This document shows positions 1-13,602 of a stretch of DNA of 64,000 nt, one piece after another; positions within the stretch are counted from its first letter, which is position 1, and each line of letters begins with the position of its first letter. A program made the translations under genes and the position numbers. The DNA comes from the human T2T-CHM13v2.0 reference genome, Homo sapiens. The notes below the pieces were generated by a model. The model made no database searches, was not told the origin of the DNA, and was given only the letters and a program-made list of their open reading frames with translations. Location: the NCBI RefSeq assembly GCF_009914755.1, contig NC_060947.1, one strand, 5' to 3'.

Positions 1-56
1 AGCTGTAGTAATGAAAGAAACAAGCTAGACACCAAACAGTGCATACTGCATGATTC

Positions 57-903
57 TGACACGAGAGTGCTGGGAAGGGAAGAGCATAGTCCCTTTAAAT
101 GACACAGACGGCGGGAAGGGAAGTGCCAGGTAGAGAAAGGCAGGTCACTGCCTAGGGCTCCAGCCCCACGGACCTAGGTGAGGACAGGCATTTCCTGCCG
201 AAATGTTGCATTTCCCAAGACCACCCTGGCCTGCCATGCCCCCATCCTGAGCCTATAAAAACCGGAGACTCTAGTGGGCAGACACAAGTGACCAGATGTT
301 GAGAGGAGCACATCAGTGGAAGAAGACGCAAGTGGCTGGTAGTCAAGAGGACGTCAAGAGGAGCACTCTGGCAGAAGAGCGCTCTGACAGGCACCTGCTC
401 GCCAGCAGGCAGGCCATTGACGGGTTGGACAAGGGTGAGTTTGGCCGGGGCAGTCGGAGGAGAGCCGGGGCCACCAAGTGGCCCAACTCCATGGGAAAAC
501 CATCTTCTTTCTGGCTCCCCCATCAGCGGAGAGCTACTTCCACTCAATAAAACTTCGCACTAATTCTCCAAGCCCCTGTGTGATCCAATTATTCCGGTAC
601 ACCAAGGCAAGAAACCTCAGGACACAGAAACCTTCTGTCCTTGTGATAAGGAAGGGGGTCTAATTCAGCTGGTTAACACAAGCTACCCATAGATGGCAAA
701 CTAAAACAGCAACCTCTAACACACGCCCACTGGGGCTTCAGGAACTGTAAACATTCACCCCTAGACACTGCTGTGGGGTTGGAACCCCACGGCCTGCCCA
801 TCTGTGTGCTCCCCTAGAGGTTTGAAAAGCAGGGTACTGAAGAAGCAAGCCACACCCCCATTGCACACCCTGCGTGGAGGACAAGGGAACCTTTCCCATT
901 TCA
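57..903 (+). mobile_element. ERV1-class solo LTR, LTR1 family
   Basis: TG...CA termini and 4-bp TSD ATTC (53-56 / 904-907). TATA-like TATAAAA at 254 and AATAAA at 546. Interrupts an L1M 3' end motif (atactgcatgattc|cat). Confidence 0.8.
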
Positions 904-1190
904 ATTCCATGTATATTTATTTCAGAAATAGATGAAGCACTCCTTGTTGAAAACAATCAAAATCTTGCTTCTGAGAAAGACGTATTTACTCACCTTGGAT
1001 ACAGGAATTTTCTTGTTTCATAATATGAACATTTAATTTCAGTGATATATAGAGTGTTGAGTTTATTTGTATTTGATATATTTGTATTTAGTGTATTGTA
1101 TTTGGTATATACATTTGTCAAGACTTAACTGTACATTTAAATTTATGCATTTTGTTGTATGAAAATTATACTTTAGTAAAATACTTATAA
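904..1190 (+). mobile_element. Old L1M (L1MC/ME-like) 3' end fragment, continuing 1-56
   Basis: gtatatacatttgtcaagact...aattatactttagtaaa resembles the L1M 3' terminus. Confidence 0.5.
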
Positions 1191-1269
1191 ATATTATCAG
1201 AAAAAAAGACTTGTGAGTAATCAACTGGATTTGCCTAGATATTTCACTTTTTAAAACAAATAATAATCA

Positions 1270-1500
1270 TAATTTTAATTTCTTAGTGTATTTTTATGTA
1301 TCAGAGAGTGTTTACTTCACATATATAAATTAATTTGATCCTCATATCTAACCTATGAAATAAATATTAGTATCAACATTTTACATATTAGAAAACTAAG
1401 GCACAACTTTAAGTAACTTTTTCAAAGTTGCATAACAAGTGAGTGAAAGAGCTGAGATTCAAATCCAGGCAGACTGGCTCCAAAGTCCATGTTCTTAATA
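1270..1500 (-). mobile_element. MIR SINE
   Basis: MIR core in reverse (cattttacatattagaaaactaaggcaca) and tRNA head (gattcaaatccaggcagactggctcc). Confidence 0.8.
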
Positions 1501-2194
1501 ATTGTCTTAAAATTAGTTACTTTAAGCAGAACTATCATACATAATATGAACATTTAAAGCTTCCTACTTATGTAATTACATTTTAAAAGCAATCATACTA
1601 TATCTGCTGGCTTTATAAAGTATTAACTTTGCCATATACTACAACTATTTCAACAAAAATTTTTGGCATCAACATTACAAAGACACAGTCAGCTCCAATT
1701 TGGAGGTACAGTCATACTATTTCTTTCAACAAAATGATTTCTTTTTAACATTTTAAATAAAATTAAATCCAATGAAGACAGATGCCAAAAAAAAAGACTT
1801 CTATGCATCAAGATAATAGCAAAGTTCATCAATAAAACAATCTGCAAATCTCCCATTGAAGGGGCAAATAGCTTAAGTAGTCATTGCATAAACTCCTTAT
1901 GCTTATATCAATTACAAATGTTAACTAATGTTATCAATACGAATGTAAATTTTTTCTTCTATTGGTCTGTTAATAATTTTACTGAAAACAAAATTAGACA
2001 AAAATGTGATAAATATTATAAAATGTTTCATTTGAATTTGTTTGACAAACATAGTAAGATTTTCATTGCATAAAATAGCACAGGAAAGACAGAACACTTG
2101 TTGATTAAGAGAAATTTTCAGGTTTTATTTTCTCAATTTAGCCTTAAACAAAGTTTTTGAGAATATGTACATAATAAATTTTCTTTATATTTTA

Positions 2195-2480
2195 ATTCAT
2201 TTGTCTGTTCAACAAGTATTTATTGATTATCCATTAACTATTAGGTGGTACTAAATAAAACTGTCAATTTGTAGATTAAAAATATTCAGATATTAGCAAT
2301 TTTTTCTGGTGCAACCTAATACATAGTATTAAGCTAGGTACTAAGTATGATTCAGATTGAAGAATACAGTACATTTTTTTCTGGCCTCATTGGGTGATTC
2401 GAGGCTTTCATCACTACATAAGTGAGATAACAAGCCATAGTAATTTGTACTAAAGAGCCAAAATACTATGGGATTTTAGA
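2195..2480 (-). mobile_element. L2 3' fragment, interrupted by MADE2
   Basis: attcatttg...ttcaacaagtatttattga is the reverse complement of the L2 3' end. Confidence 0.5.
2239..2321. mobile_element. MADE2-like mariner MITE
   Basis: ~80 bp with TIR ends tattagg...cctaata; internal sequence resembles MADE2. Confidence 0.7.
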
Positions 2481-2635
2481 AAAGGAGAAAATTAATATGG
2501 TCTGGAATGCATAGACAGATGGAATTTAACACTTCAATACATTTCTGTTGATGCAGCTAAATAGTCATTTGAAAATATGATGCATCTGTGAAATGTATGG
2601 ATACTACTCTACATGATTTTTAAATTTTGGACAGG

Positions 2636-3763
2636 TTTTTTTTGACTTTTAAGTTCAGGAGTACAAGCACAGGTTTGTTACATTGGTAAACTTGTGTCAG
2701 GGGGTTTGTTGTACAAATTGTCATCACCCAGGTGTCTGGTACCCAGTAGTTATTTTTTTCTGATCATCTCCCTCCTCCAACCCTCCACCCTCTGAAAGGC
2801 CCCAGTGTGTGATGTTCCCATCTATATATCCATGTGTTCTCATCATTTAGCTCCCACTTATAAGTGAGATCATGTGGAATTGGGTTTTCTGTTCCTCTGT
2901 GAGTTTGCTAAGGATAATGGCCTCCTGCTCCAACCACGTCTCTGTAAACAACATAATCTTATTTTTTATGGCTGTATAATATTCCGTGGTGTACATGCAC
3001 CACATTTTCTTTACCCAGTCTTTCACTGATGGGCATTTAGGTTGATTCCATGTCTTTGCTATTGTGAATAGTGCTGCAACGAACATAAGCATGCATGTGT
3101 CTGTATAATAGAACAGTTTGTATTCCTTTGGGTATATACCCAGTAATGGGATTGCTGGATAGTATAGCATTTCTGTCTTTAAGTCTTTGAGGAATTGCCA
3201 CACTGTCTTCCACAATGGTTGAACTAATTTACACTACCATCAACAGTGTATAAGCGTTCCTTTTTCTGTGTAACCTCACCAGCATCTGTTATTTTTTTAC
3301 TTTTTAATAATAGCCATTCTGACTAGTGTGAGATGGTATCTCATGGTTTTTATTTGCATTTCTCTAATGATCAGTGATGATGAGCTTTTTTTCATATTAT
3401 TGTTGGCCTCATGTACGTCTTATTTAGAAAGGTGTGTGTTCGTTTCCTTTGTCCACTTCTTAATGGGGTTGTTTGTTTTTTATTCTTATAAATTTCTTTA
3501 AGTTTCTTATAGATTCTGGATATTAGACCTTTGTTGGATGCATAGTTTGCAAAAATTTTCTCCCATTCTGTAGGTTTTCTGTTTACTCTGTTGATAGTTT
3601 ATTCTGCTGTGCAGAAGGATTTTAGTTTAATTAGATCACATATGTTAATTTTTGCTTTTGTTGCAATTGTTTTTGTGTCTTCATCATGAAATCTCTGCCA
3701 GTGCTCAATGGATGCAGAAAAGGCTTTCAATAAAATTTAACATCCATTCGTGTTAACAACTCT
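2636..3763 (-). mobile_element. 5'-truncated L1PA (about PA13-16) with a short 5' inversion
   Basis: Poly-T, 3'UTR and ORF2 C-terminus in antisense (ORF 2847-3215 is ORF2p-like). Segment 3704-3763 is sense RT-domain sequence. Confidence 0.85.
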
Positions 3764-4879
3764 ATATTATTGTAATCTTAACACTGGAAACATCTGTAGA
3801 TTTATTGTCCTTTTTTTCCTGTGGTCATATAGCTATTTAATACTATAATCAAAATGAATACATTATTTGCATTATTATTATTTTCCACTGGGTTCAAAAC
3901 GAATTATGAAACAACACAGCATTTATAAGACTATCTTTGTACTCCCCAGAATTTTGTATCACAGCACCTAGCAATGTTTGGGTTACTAAATAAATAGTTA
4001 CTGATCTGAAATAAAATGTCATGATCATATAATTGTAGAAAAATCCCCTCATGGCTTCAATAGTAATGCCTCATTTTATAAATGAAAGGAGATATGCCAA
4101 ATTGATGAAACAGAGAAATGCACATTTTCTTTATTGTGCAATATATTTTGATATTTATGCAGGACCCCTAAAGCTCAACCTACAAATCATAATCAAGATG
4201 TAATAAGCTGCAATATTATTAATAGTTAACTTCTGACAAGAAACAAGATTATTTCATTAGAAAAATAAAAACTTTTTTGAAAGTTTTTTCCATTGATGGA
4301 CATTAGAAAGTATATTTTTGAAAAAAAATAGAAAACTTTAAAGTAAAATTTTTCCATCATGAAAAACAAAATGTTATTGTTATACTGGTGACTCCAGCTT
4401 TGAAGTAAGCAAAGGATGGCAGAGAACACAAGCTCAATGGAATTCTGATGTTAGAGGATTAAGATAAGTTACTATTATTACTAGTTTCCATGGTAGTATA
4501 TTACTGAAATGTATTTTTAAGAAGTTCTGAAAATCATTTTATCCACAGCTAGCCAGGAGACAAATAATCTGCAAACTCACTCAAATTTGGCTATAGTTAG
4601 AAAATTAATTTCAACTTCTTCCAAAGGAACTGTGTACAGGAAAGCATGCTTCAAACTTACTATTTCATTGGAGCCCAGGGGCTTTCCCTAAAAATTTGGG
4701 GGACAGATACTTCTTAATATATTAAAAAACACTTTTTTCTATTCATTGCAACTAGCTACCTGTATGTATTATCAGTTCTACCTGTCATTTTTCTTATTTT
4801 TAATTTTATGCAATTACACTGACACTATAATATTATCTATGGGTTCAACATAAGACTATTAAGACAGTTCTGTGTATAA

Positions 4880-5200
4880 GTCATCTAAACAGATGCCTGT
4901 CATCTGTTCTAGTTTGAAAGGCATGCAAAAAAGAATATTCAGAATTCACCTTTGGAACCCCATTCCAGTGTCTAATCACCCTTTATAGACACATTTTTCA
5001 TGACTCCCTGTACTCAAAGTCAAAACAGAGCTTTAGTGTCTTCCTTCACCATAAAATGAATCCTGTGACAAGTTTCCAACCAAAGATTTTAATCATTAAA
5101 TCCACACTATACCTGGAGCCTTACAATTTTCTTACAGATTAATTTCAACGTTGTTTTACAACAAGCATCATATCATTATATTAGGTTGAAAACTAGATTA
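4880..5200. mobile_element. Possible L3/CR1 fragment
   Basis: ccccattccagtgtctaatcacc resembles CR1/L3; highly diverged. Confidence 0.3.
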
Positions 5201-5267
5201 ATTAGGCAAATAAAACACTAGAGTCCCCAGATTTTTCTGTATAACCTGTAGATAAAAAGTGTTCTGA

Positions 5268-5685
5268 GGCTGGGCACAGTGGCTCACTCCTGTAATCCCA
5301 GCAATTTGGGAGGCCAAGGTGGGCAGATCACCTAAGGTCAGGAGTTCAAGACCAGCCTGGCCAACATGGCAAACCCTGTCTCTACTAAAAATACAAAAAC
5401 TAGGTGGCGTGCGGTGGCTCACACCTGTAATCCTAGCACTTTGGGAGGCTGAGGTGGGTGGATCACGAGGTCAGGAGTTCAAGACCAGCCTGGCCAACAC
5501 GGTGAAACCCTGTCTCTACTAAAAATACAAAAATTAGCCGGGTGTGGTGGCCCGTGCCTATAACCCCAGCTACTCAGGAGGCTGAGGCAGGAGGATCGCT
5601 TGAACCTGGGAGGCAGAGGTTGCAGTGAGCCAAGATTGGCCCACTGCACTGCACTCCATCCTGGGCAACAGAGTGAGACTGTCTC
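5268..5685 (+). mobile_element. Trimeric Alu (left arm + left arm + right arm), AluS-type, no poly-A
   Basis: Two successive left monomers, each ending ctactaaaaatacaaaaa, then one right monomer followed by TA-rich sequence. Confidence 0.9.
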
Positions 5686-5914
5686 GAATATATATACATA
5701 TATTTTGGTGTACCCACTCTTCCACTATGCAGATGATAAAACATTTGGTCTACTCTACAACTGCTGTACACTGTTAAATGCTATAGTCTACTTCATAGCT
5801 TATATATTCCACTGAACTTTTCGCTTAAGACTCCAATAAATCTCCAGAATAAATCTCAAGGGAGGAGCCACTTAAAACAGACTAAGGCTTTCTAACCATC
5901 CTAAGGACAAACTC

Positions 5915-6208
5915 TTTTTTTTTTTTTTTGAGACGGAGTCTTGCTCTGTCACCCAGGCTAGAGTGCAGTGGTGGGACTTGGCTCACTGCAACCTCCGCCT
6001 CCCGGGTTCACACCATTCTCCTGCCTTAGCCTCCCGAGTAGCTGGGACTATAGGCACCCGCCACCACGCCCGGCTAATTTTTGTATTTTTATTAGAGACG
6101 GGGTTTCACTATATTGGTCAGGCTGGTCTCGAACTCCTGAACTCTTGATCCACCCGCCTCGGCCTCCCAAAGTGCTGGGATTACAGGCGTGAGCCACAGT
6201 GCCCGGCC
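5915..6208 (-). mobile_element. Alu (late AluS / Sc-like)
   Basis: Full dimer with poly-T; 13-bp TSD aggacaaactctt (5904-5916 / 6209-6221). Confidence 0.95.
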
Positions 6209-6762
6209 AGGACAAACTCTTAATGCCATGAGCAGTTCACAGGAAATCCTAAATTGCAGAATTAATCTAGCAGTAGGGAAATGTGGGACCTTACTCTGGT
6301 CCATGACCACGCTGGAAAAACTCAGCAGAGGATTGTGTCATTGCCAAGTAAATTTGAATGCTCAAGGAAGACATTAGAACTAATTCGTCCAGCTGGAATA
6401 TCTTTGCACATTATCTAAGCAGACATATAGAATACCTTGGGACCTAGATAATTGTTTCAGATCAGTTCATCTTTTGACCCATAACCTCCAGAGCTTGTAT
6501 TAAGGTTTGGCTTGGATTGATAAAGCTCAGCATGAAATCAAATAACTGGTAAGGAGTATAAAATCTATGTTAATATTTTAATCTTAAAATAACTAATACA
6601 TTTCTTCAACAGCCCTGAGTTCTAGAAAAGAACCAGAATTGTTAACAGAATAGTAAGTACCTTGAGGAAAGAATGATCAAATAGCTCTTATGTTCCATCA
6701 CTTTATTAAGTTAAAAAATATATATGTGTAACATCTTTATCTGTTTTAAAATGTTACGACAG

Positions 6763-7783
<1,021 letters not shown>

Positions 7784-10700
7784 ACAGTACTAAGAAGGTA
7801 AAATAACTGCGGAAGTGTGTCTTCCTCTGAGTAGTTCATTCAGTACTTGATAAGCAAATATACTAAGCTCTATTTAATTGAGTTTAAAAAACTGTAAGTT
7901 ACATTAATATAATACATATATGGCATTATATCATGAATCTAGAAATACAAGCAAAGCTCTAGCACATTTCCCCCAGAATTTAATTAGATAAAACTCTTTG
8001 TTGAGTCAACTCTTTGCTTTTCTCAGTCTAATTGAATGAACATTTTCATCTGTGAACTAAACTAGAAACGTAACTAAAGTTTCTGTTGAAACCTAATTCC
8101 GAATAAATGTAATATCAATACTGGTGTCTTCTGTTTCCAAACTACATCTAAATACTCATGAACTTCCTATGCATATAATTTTGTTTCTTGGCCAATCAAC
8201 CCTAAAAGTTTATTTTGAAAAGTTACTAAATAAAACGTGGAATTTCTCTATTAAAATGAAGTATTATATAAACCAATAAGAATTCTTTTTGACAAAACAA
8301 TTAATTCATTGAGTATAAAAATATTATGCAGTGACTAAATGCCAGCAGTTACATCTTTACACAAGCAGGGAATGCACTAGCCAAAAAAGTACCCCCTCAA
8401 TTATTTCTTTTTTTTTCCCAGCAAGTAGCTTCTCTGAGGAGGAGAACAAGGTAAAAGAGGCAGTTGGTACAAACTGCAGGTGGCTGGCTGCTGAGGGAGA
8501 GGTGTCATTTGGGAAGCACAGCAGGTGGCCTAAACTGAGAAGAAGACGGCATTTAGAGACAGCAGCAGGTGTTTGCTATGAGGGAGAAGGACCTCTCACC
8601 AAAGTTGTCAATGATTGTATTCGTTCATTTCCGCTGCAATAATCTGGTATTTGGCATTTAAACTGACAGCACCAGATATGCCTAAAAATAATTATGAATC
8701 CAAACTTTTTGCTGGCTAAAAAAATATTACAAAGGCATTATTTCTGCTTATGATTGAATCAAAATACAAACAATTGACAAAATGTTAAAGATAGCATTAT
8801 AGTTTTTTCAATTACATTTTTAAAAAGCAAGATTTTGAATATTTTAAGCAGATCAAAATTTTTGAATATAAAAGATATAGTCATAAATTTAATTCATCAT
8901 TAAGAGTAGTAAAGTAGAAAGCTAATTGTTACTCAAATTGGTTTTTAAATGAATAGATTCCCAGACACTATGATCATTTTCATGGTGTAGAAGTTACCAA
9001 TGCCAAAAGTTATCTACTTATCATCTAAAAGTAGAATGTATAAAGAGGAGACTTTATCACGCTTAAACCAAAAAAGAGATTCAATTATTGTAAGTTTGCA
9101 TATGAGAATTATTAAGACAATTCAAGTAGCTTGCATGAGCAATGCTAGAGATTTGGGAGGCCTAAAGATTAAAAGGTTCCCGGGAAACAAGAATAAAAGT
9201 GACGACATTGGCTGTGTTCTATTTTCAGATTCTAAAATTCATTACATTTGTAGAATGATCATAGAACAATCAAAAGTCCATAAAATACTGTGAGTATGCC
9301 CCATAACTTTGAGAACTCATTTCTGGACAATTATTTATTCTATCCAACTTGTATTCTTTTTTCAGCTTTGGTCTACTTGTAAAACTCGCAAATGGCAATG
9401 GGACCATGCTAGTGTAATCACAAAGAGAAGCCCTGCCAATCATCCACTTTCCTACTCTCCATAAGCAGAGACTCTGTGCAGAAATTCCAGCACGCAGAAG
9501 CAGAGGTCAGTCTGGACTGTTCATAAATGTGTATCTTGTAATCACTAAATATAAAGGGGCGATGTTTTGAAGTTTTCGCCAGAGGAACCAGCAGCATTTC
9601 TGGATAACATTTTGCACCAGAGTGTGCAACTATTAATCGGTTCGTATAAAATAAAAAACAGAAATTGGAGGAAGCAGGAATATGACAAAAGGAAAGGGAG
9701 TGAGAGACAAAGGGTAATATGATACAGTAAATAATTTTTGATGTCTTAAATACTCATTCTGCCCAAATAAATTGTGTCTAAAGTGGTGGTTCAATCAAGC
9801 AAGTTGGGTTAAACCATCTAAAACATCAAAAACATTAGTAGCAAAGATGACACTTGTTTATAACCATGATGTGGATATAGATGCTGTGTTTTGTGTTTAT
9901 GGTTAAACAGGAAAGTAGGAAACTACGTGTAATGAGTCTGAAGCCCCTACTTTTACTAAAAGCTCTTACCATTTTTTTTCTCTCAGAAGACAGACACTTA
10001 CAATGAAAAATGTACACATTTCAATAGTCTTTCTTAGATAATTAAAGGTGACTTTCAAAGATATAAAATATATTTTAGGGTGTTAAATCTGCTGAGAGAT
10101 TGCTAACGCAATAGAAAGAAATACTGTTCCTGAGATTCTGTTCTCAGAAGATGAAGAGCTTTAAGTGAACTTTTCAGTTGTTTTTACTCTGAGGGATTCT
10201 CCTCCTCAGTATGATTAATGCTTTCCACACTTGAGTAGAAATTCTCTTGGATGAAGCCTTTGATAACTATCGTTTGTAAACTTTCGTAAACTTGCCATGC
10301 ACAAAATGGAATATGGGTTATTTAACTTGAATTGAGAATCCTTGTGAGCATGCCAATTGCTTCCTTTTCTCCAGAACAAAATGATATTTGCATCATCATA
10401 GAAAAATATATTCTGAAGAAACTGTGTCTCTGGACTATATAAAGCACTACAATTAATACATAACATACAAACAAGCCACAGGCTCCAAATAAAGAAACAA
10501 CTCTTTCTGATGGCTATATGTTCAAAAACAAAGCTCTTATTATTAGAAACAAATAATTGAGTCATGGTGAAGTCAATTCAATATTTCAGGCATGTTATCA
10601 TTTACAAAGAGATTAATGTTTACCAGTATAAGAAATGGATATAGAAAATCAATTTCTGTGGAATAGTAGGAATGATAAGGAGTCTGGGGAAAAGAAATAT

Positions 10701-10949
10701 TTAGTCTACAAAACAAATAAATTTAAAAAGTGATTCCAATCTTTAAATACAGTGATATCGGCAGTATTTGTAAAATTCAGATGCTGAAAAAGTGGGAAAG
10801 ATAGGAGATGTACCCACTGAACACACCAAAAAGCAAATTCATTTGCACCAAAAGACCAATCTCTAATTTAAATATGTATCTTAACCTTCCAAACAACTCC
10901 CTTGCAGATTAACCTTTCAAAAAACTCCCGTATATATACACTAACTACT

Positions 10950-11115
10950 TGTTAGTTAAATTGCTTAACATCTTTGCACTTCAATTTGCTCACCTGTGAA
11001 ATGTAGGCAACAATAGTGTCCATATCATAACGTTACTGTGAAGGTAAAGTGAGGTAATACATACAAGAAGGTTAGTGCCTTAAACAAGTTAAATACTTGA
11101 TACACATCAACTATT
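10950..11115 (+). mobile_element. MIR SINE
   Basis: cttcaatttgctcacctgtgaaatg matches the MIR core. Confidence 0.7.
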
Positions 11116-11339
11116 ATTTTGTACAGGATGGGGTTATTGTTAAAAAGTGTATGTGAAAAGAAAATAGCATGCCTCAAAATAAAATCATATTAAATAGTAG
11201 AACATTTCATTTTATGCATGATGAGCTGACATGTTAATATAGAAAAATATCTTACCTAGTTTGATTTTTATATAAGCTCAAAGTTATTCTAAATTTGCAT
11301 AGTTTCTGTTTTTTGCTATGTAATCCTTAAAAAGTAGTT
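10974..11339 (+). repeat. Inverted duplication, left arm (probable source)
   Basis: Reverse complement of 12377-12740, roughly 90% identical by eye. Confidence 0.95.
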
Positions 11340-12376
11340 AAAAATTGCAATTGTTATTCTGAATGGTTAAAGCTTAATATACTTAGATTGTCCATCTGTC
11401 TGATTTATCAGTATTAGATTTATCAAGGATATTAGATTGTCAATATTCTGAATGATTTTAGGAATATCAAATACATTAAACATAATAACTACGTTATAGT
11501 AATATCATCTTTTTTTGATAACCATCTTAAGTAATTTTGTGCTCCCTCTAATTCCAAAGATTAATTTTAGTAGATAGTAAGTGAGGAATGCCAGAATAGT
11601 TTACAGAGAGATCAGATTTTCTTAATTATGTATTTTTAGCTTTCTTATTTGGAATAAGTACTATTTAAATACTATGATAAAGGAATGGACATAAATATTT
11701 TACCTTTTAAATCATAGTCTCTTCATCTATGCACTTTCTTCAATTGCAATTAAATCCTGAATCAAAAACAGAAATAAATTTTGAGCTACTCATTTGGGGA
11801 ATTAAGAGACTGAAGAAAATCTCCATTAATCAGAGGTATAAGAAGTTCATGTCTTAAGTCAAATATACAAAGTCAAAACCATGACTACCTGGCAGCCTCA
11901 CTTCAAAAATTCTGATCCTACCCCCAAACGTGTCTGTTCCATCTGTCTAGTCAAATGTGAAAATGATTATCTGAAGAAAAAAAGGCTGTTTCATAATTCC
12001 ATACTCTTAGTAGTATCAAGTTATTAGAAATATTTTAAGGAGACTAAAAGTTTTCATAAAATTGCTTCAATTTGCTTTTTCATTTCGTAAAATGAGACAA
12101 ATGTCACCACCAACAGCTGACCATATATACTTGAAATGGGAAATTAACTCCAAAGTGTAGACTTAATTATTTGTGGCATTCTTTTATTTATGAGCTGCAG
12201 AGTAGACACCCTGTTATGTACATTGAAAAAATATTTGAACCAAAAAATAAGAAAAAGACAGGTAAAAATACACAAACATAAATTAGTTGTCTGCATATCT
12301 AAAGCTCTCCTAGCTGAAAATCTACCTTGCATTCAACTTTTGTATCATCTACTAAAAAGCCAGTATGTTTTCTTTA

Positions 12377-12740
12377 AACTACTTTTTAAGGATTACATAG
12401 CAAAAAATAAAAATTATGCAAATTTAGAATAACTTTGAGCTTATATAAAAATCAAACTAGGTAAGGTCTTTTTCTATATTAGCATGTCAACTCATCATGC
12501 ATAAAATGAAACGTTCTACTATTCAATATGATTTTACTTTGAGGCATGCTATTTTCTTTTCACATACACTTTTTAACAATAACCCTATCCTGTACAAAAT
12601 AATAGTTGATATGTGTCAAGGACTTACCTTGTTTAAGGCACTAACCTTTTTGTTTGTATTACTTCACTTCACCTTTAGCAAAGTTATGATATAGACGCTA
12701 ATGTTACCTGCCTTTCACAGGTGAGCAAATTGAAGTGCAA
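12377..12740 (-). repeat. Inverted duplication, right arm (probable copy)
   Basis: For example, ctttgagcttatataaaaatcaaactaggtaag is the reverse complement of sequence at ~11251-11283. Confidence 0.95.
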
Positions 12741-13454
12741 TTGGTTATTTAATTATATGAAATATATTAGATATTCTTCCTGGTCAGTTCGTTAAAGTAC
12801 AAGAAGCATTTATTCATAGGTTGAATAAATAGCTGTCGCTAGGTATAATTTGATAGATAATAAATTCTTTCTATCAAATGTATCACGCATTCTAATTTGT
12901 CTGCAGTAAAGTCTGAAATTTCATTGAAATCGCATTGCAGGGTTAAAGAGTATAATTTCCAGGATGTGCTGTACTTGTCAAAATCCAAATAGTAACCAGG
13001 GAGCTATCACAGCATGAGTTTGTTTGTTAAATGACAAATTGGCGTCTAAGCACTGAATGACTAAAACTTTCTAAAACTTTGGTTTTATGCATTTTAATTG
13101 AGGTGGAGGTGCGGGAAAAAAAATCTGGATCCTGGGTATCTGCCAAAGGCCAAAAAAAAAAAAAAAAAAGACTTCAACATGGGTAATACAAAATCTAGAA
13201 CAAATAGGAACAGCATTCATTTCAGGAATTTCTGCAGGTGTGTTTGAATTCTTATATACTTAAATATTTGTAAACAACAAACTATAAATTTGGCAGCTAC
13301 TTCACCACTTCAACCATTATGTCTATGCAAATGTCTTGAAAAGCATGAGTCAGAACTAAAAGCATTAGTTACTTCAATTTGGAAAAGTTGTCTCAGACTT
13401 TCAGGTAACAAACTAAGTTCATTATATTTCTTTTATAAACACAGGCATGGATGG

Positions 13455-13489
13455 ACACACACACACACACACACACAAACACTCACACA
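13455..13489. repeat. (CA)n microsatellite
   Basis: Directly visible. Confidence 0.9.
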
Positions 13490-13602
13490 AAATTATCATA
13501 CCTTAATCGACTATTTTTGTCCACACCACACTAAAGTTAAACTAAGTCAAAATCTTAGAATCATATTTTGCTATTTATTCTCCTTTATTCTCTATATCCA
13601 GT

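Noticed and set aside
10215-10565. 116-aa ORF in non-repeat DNA
   Set aside because: No recognisable domain or clear exon context; consistent with chance.
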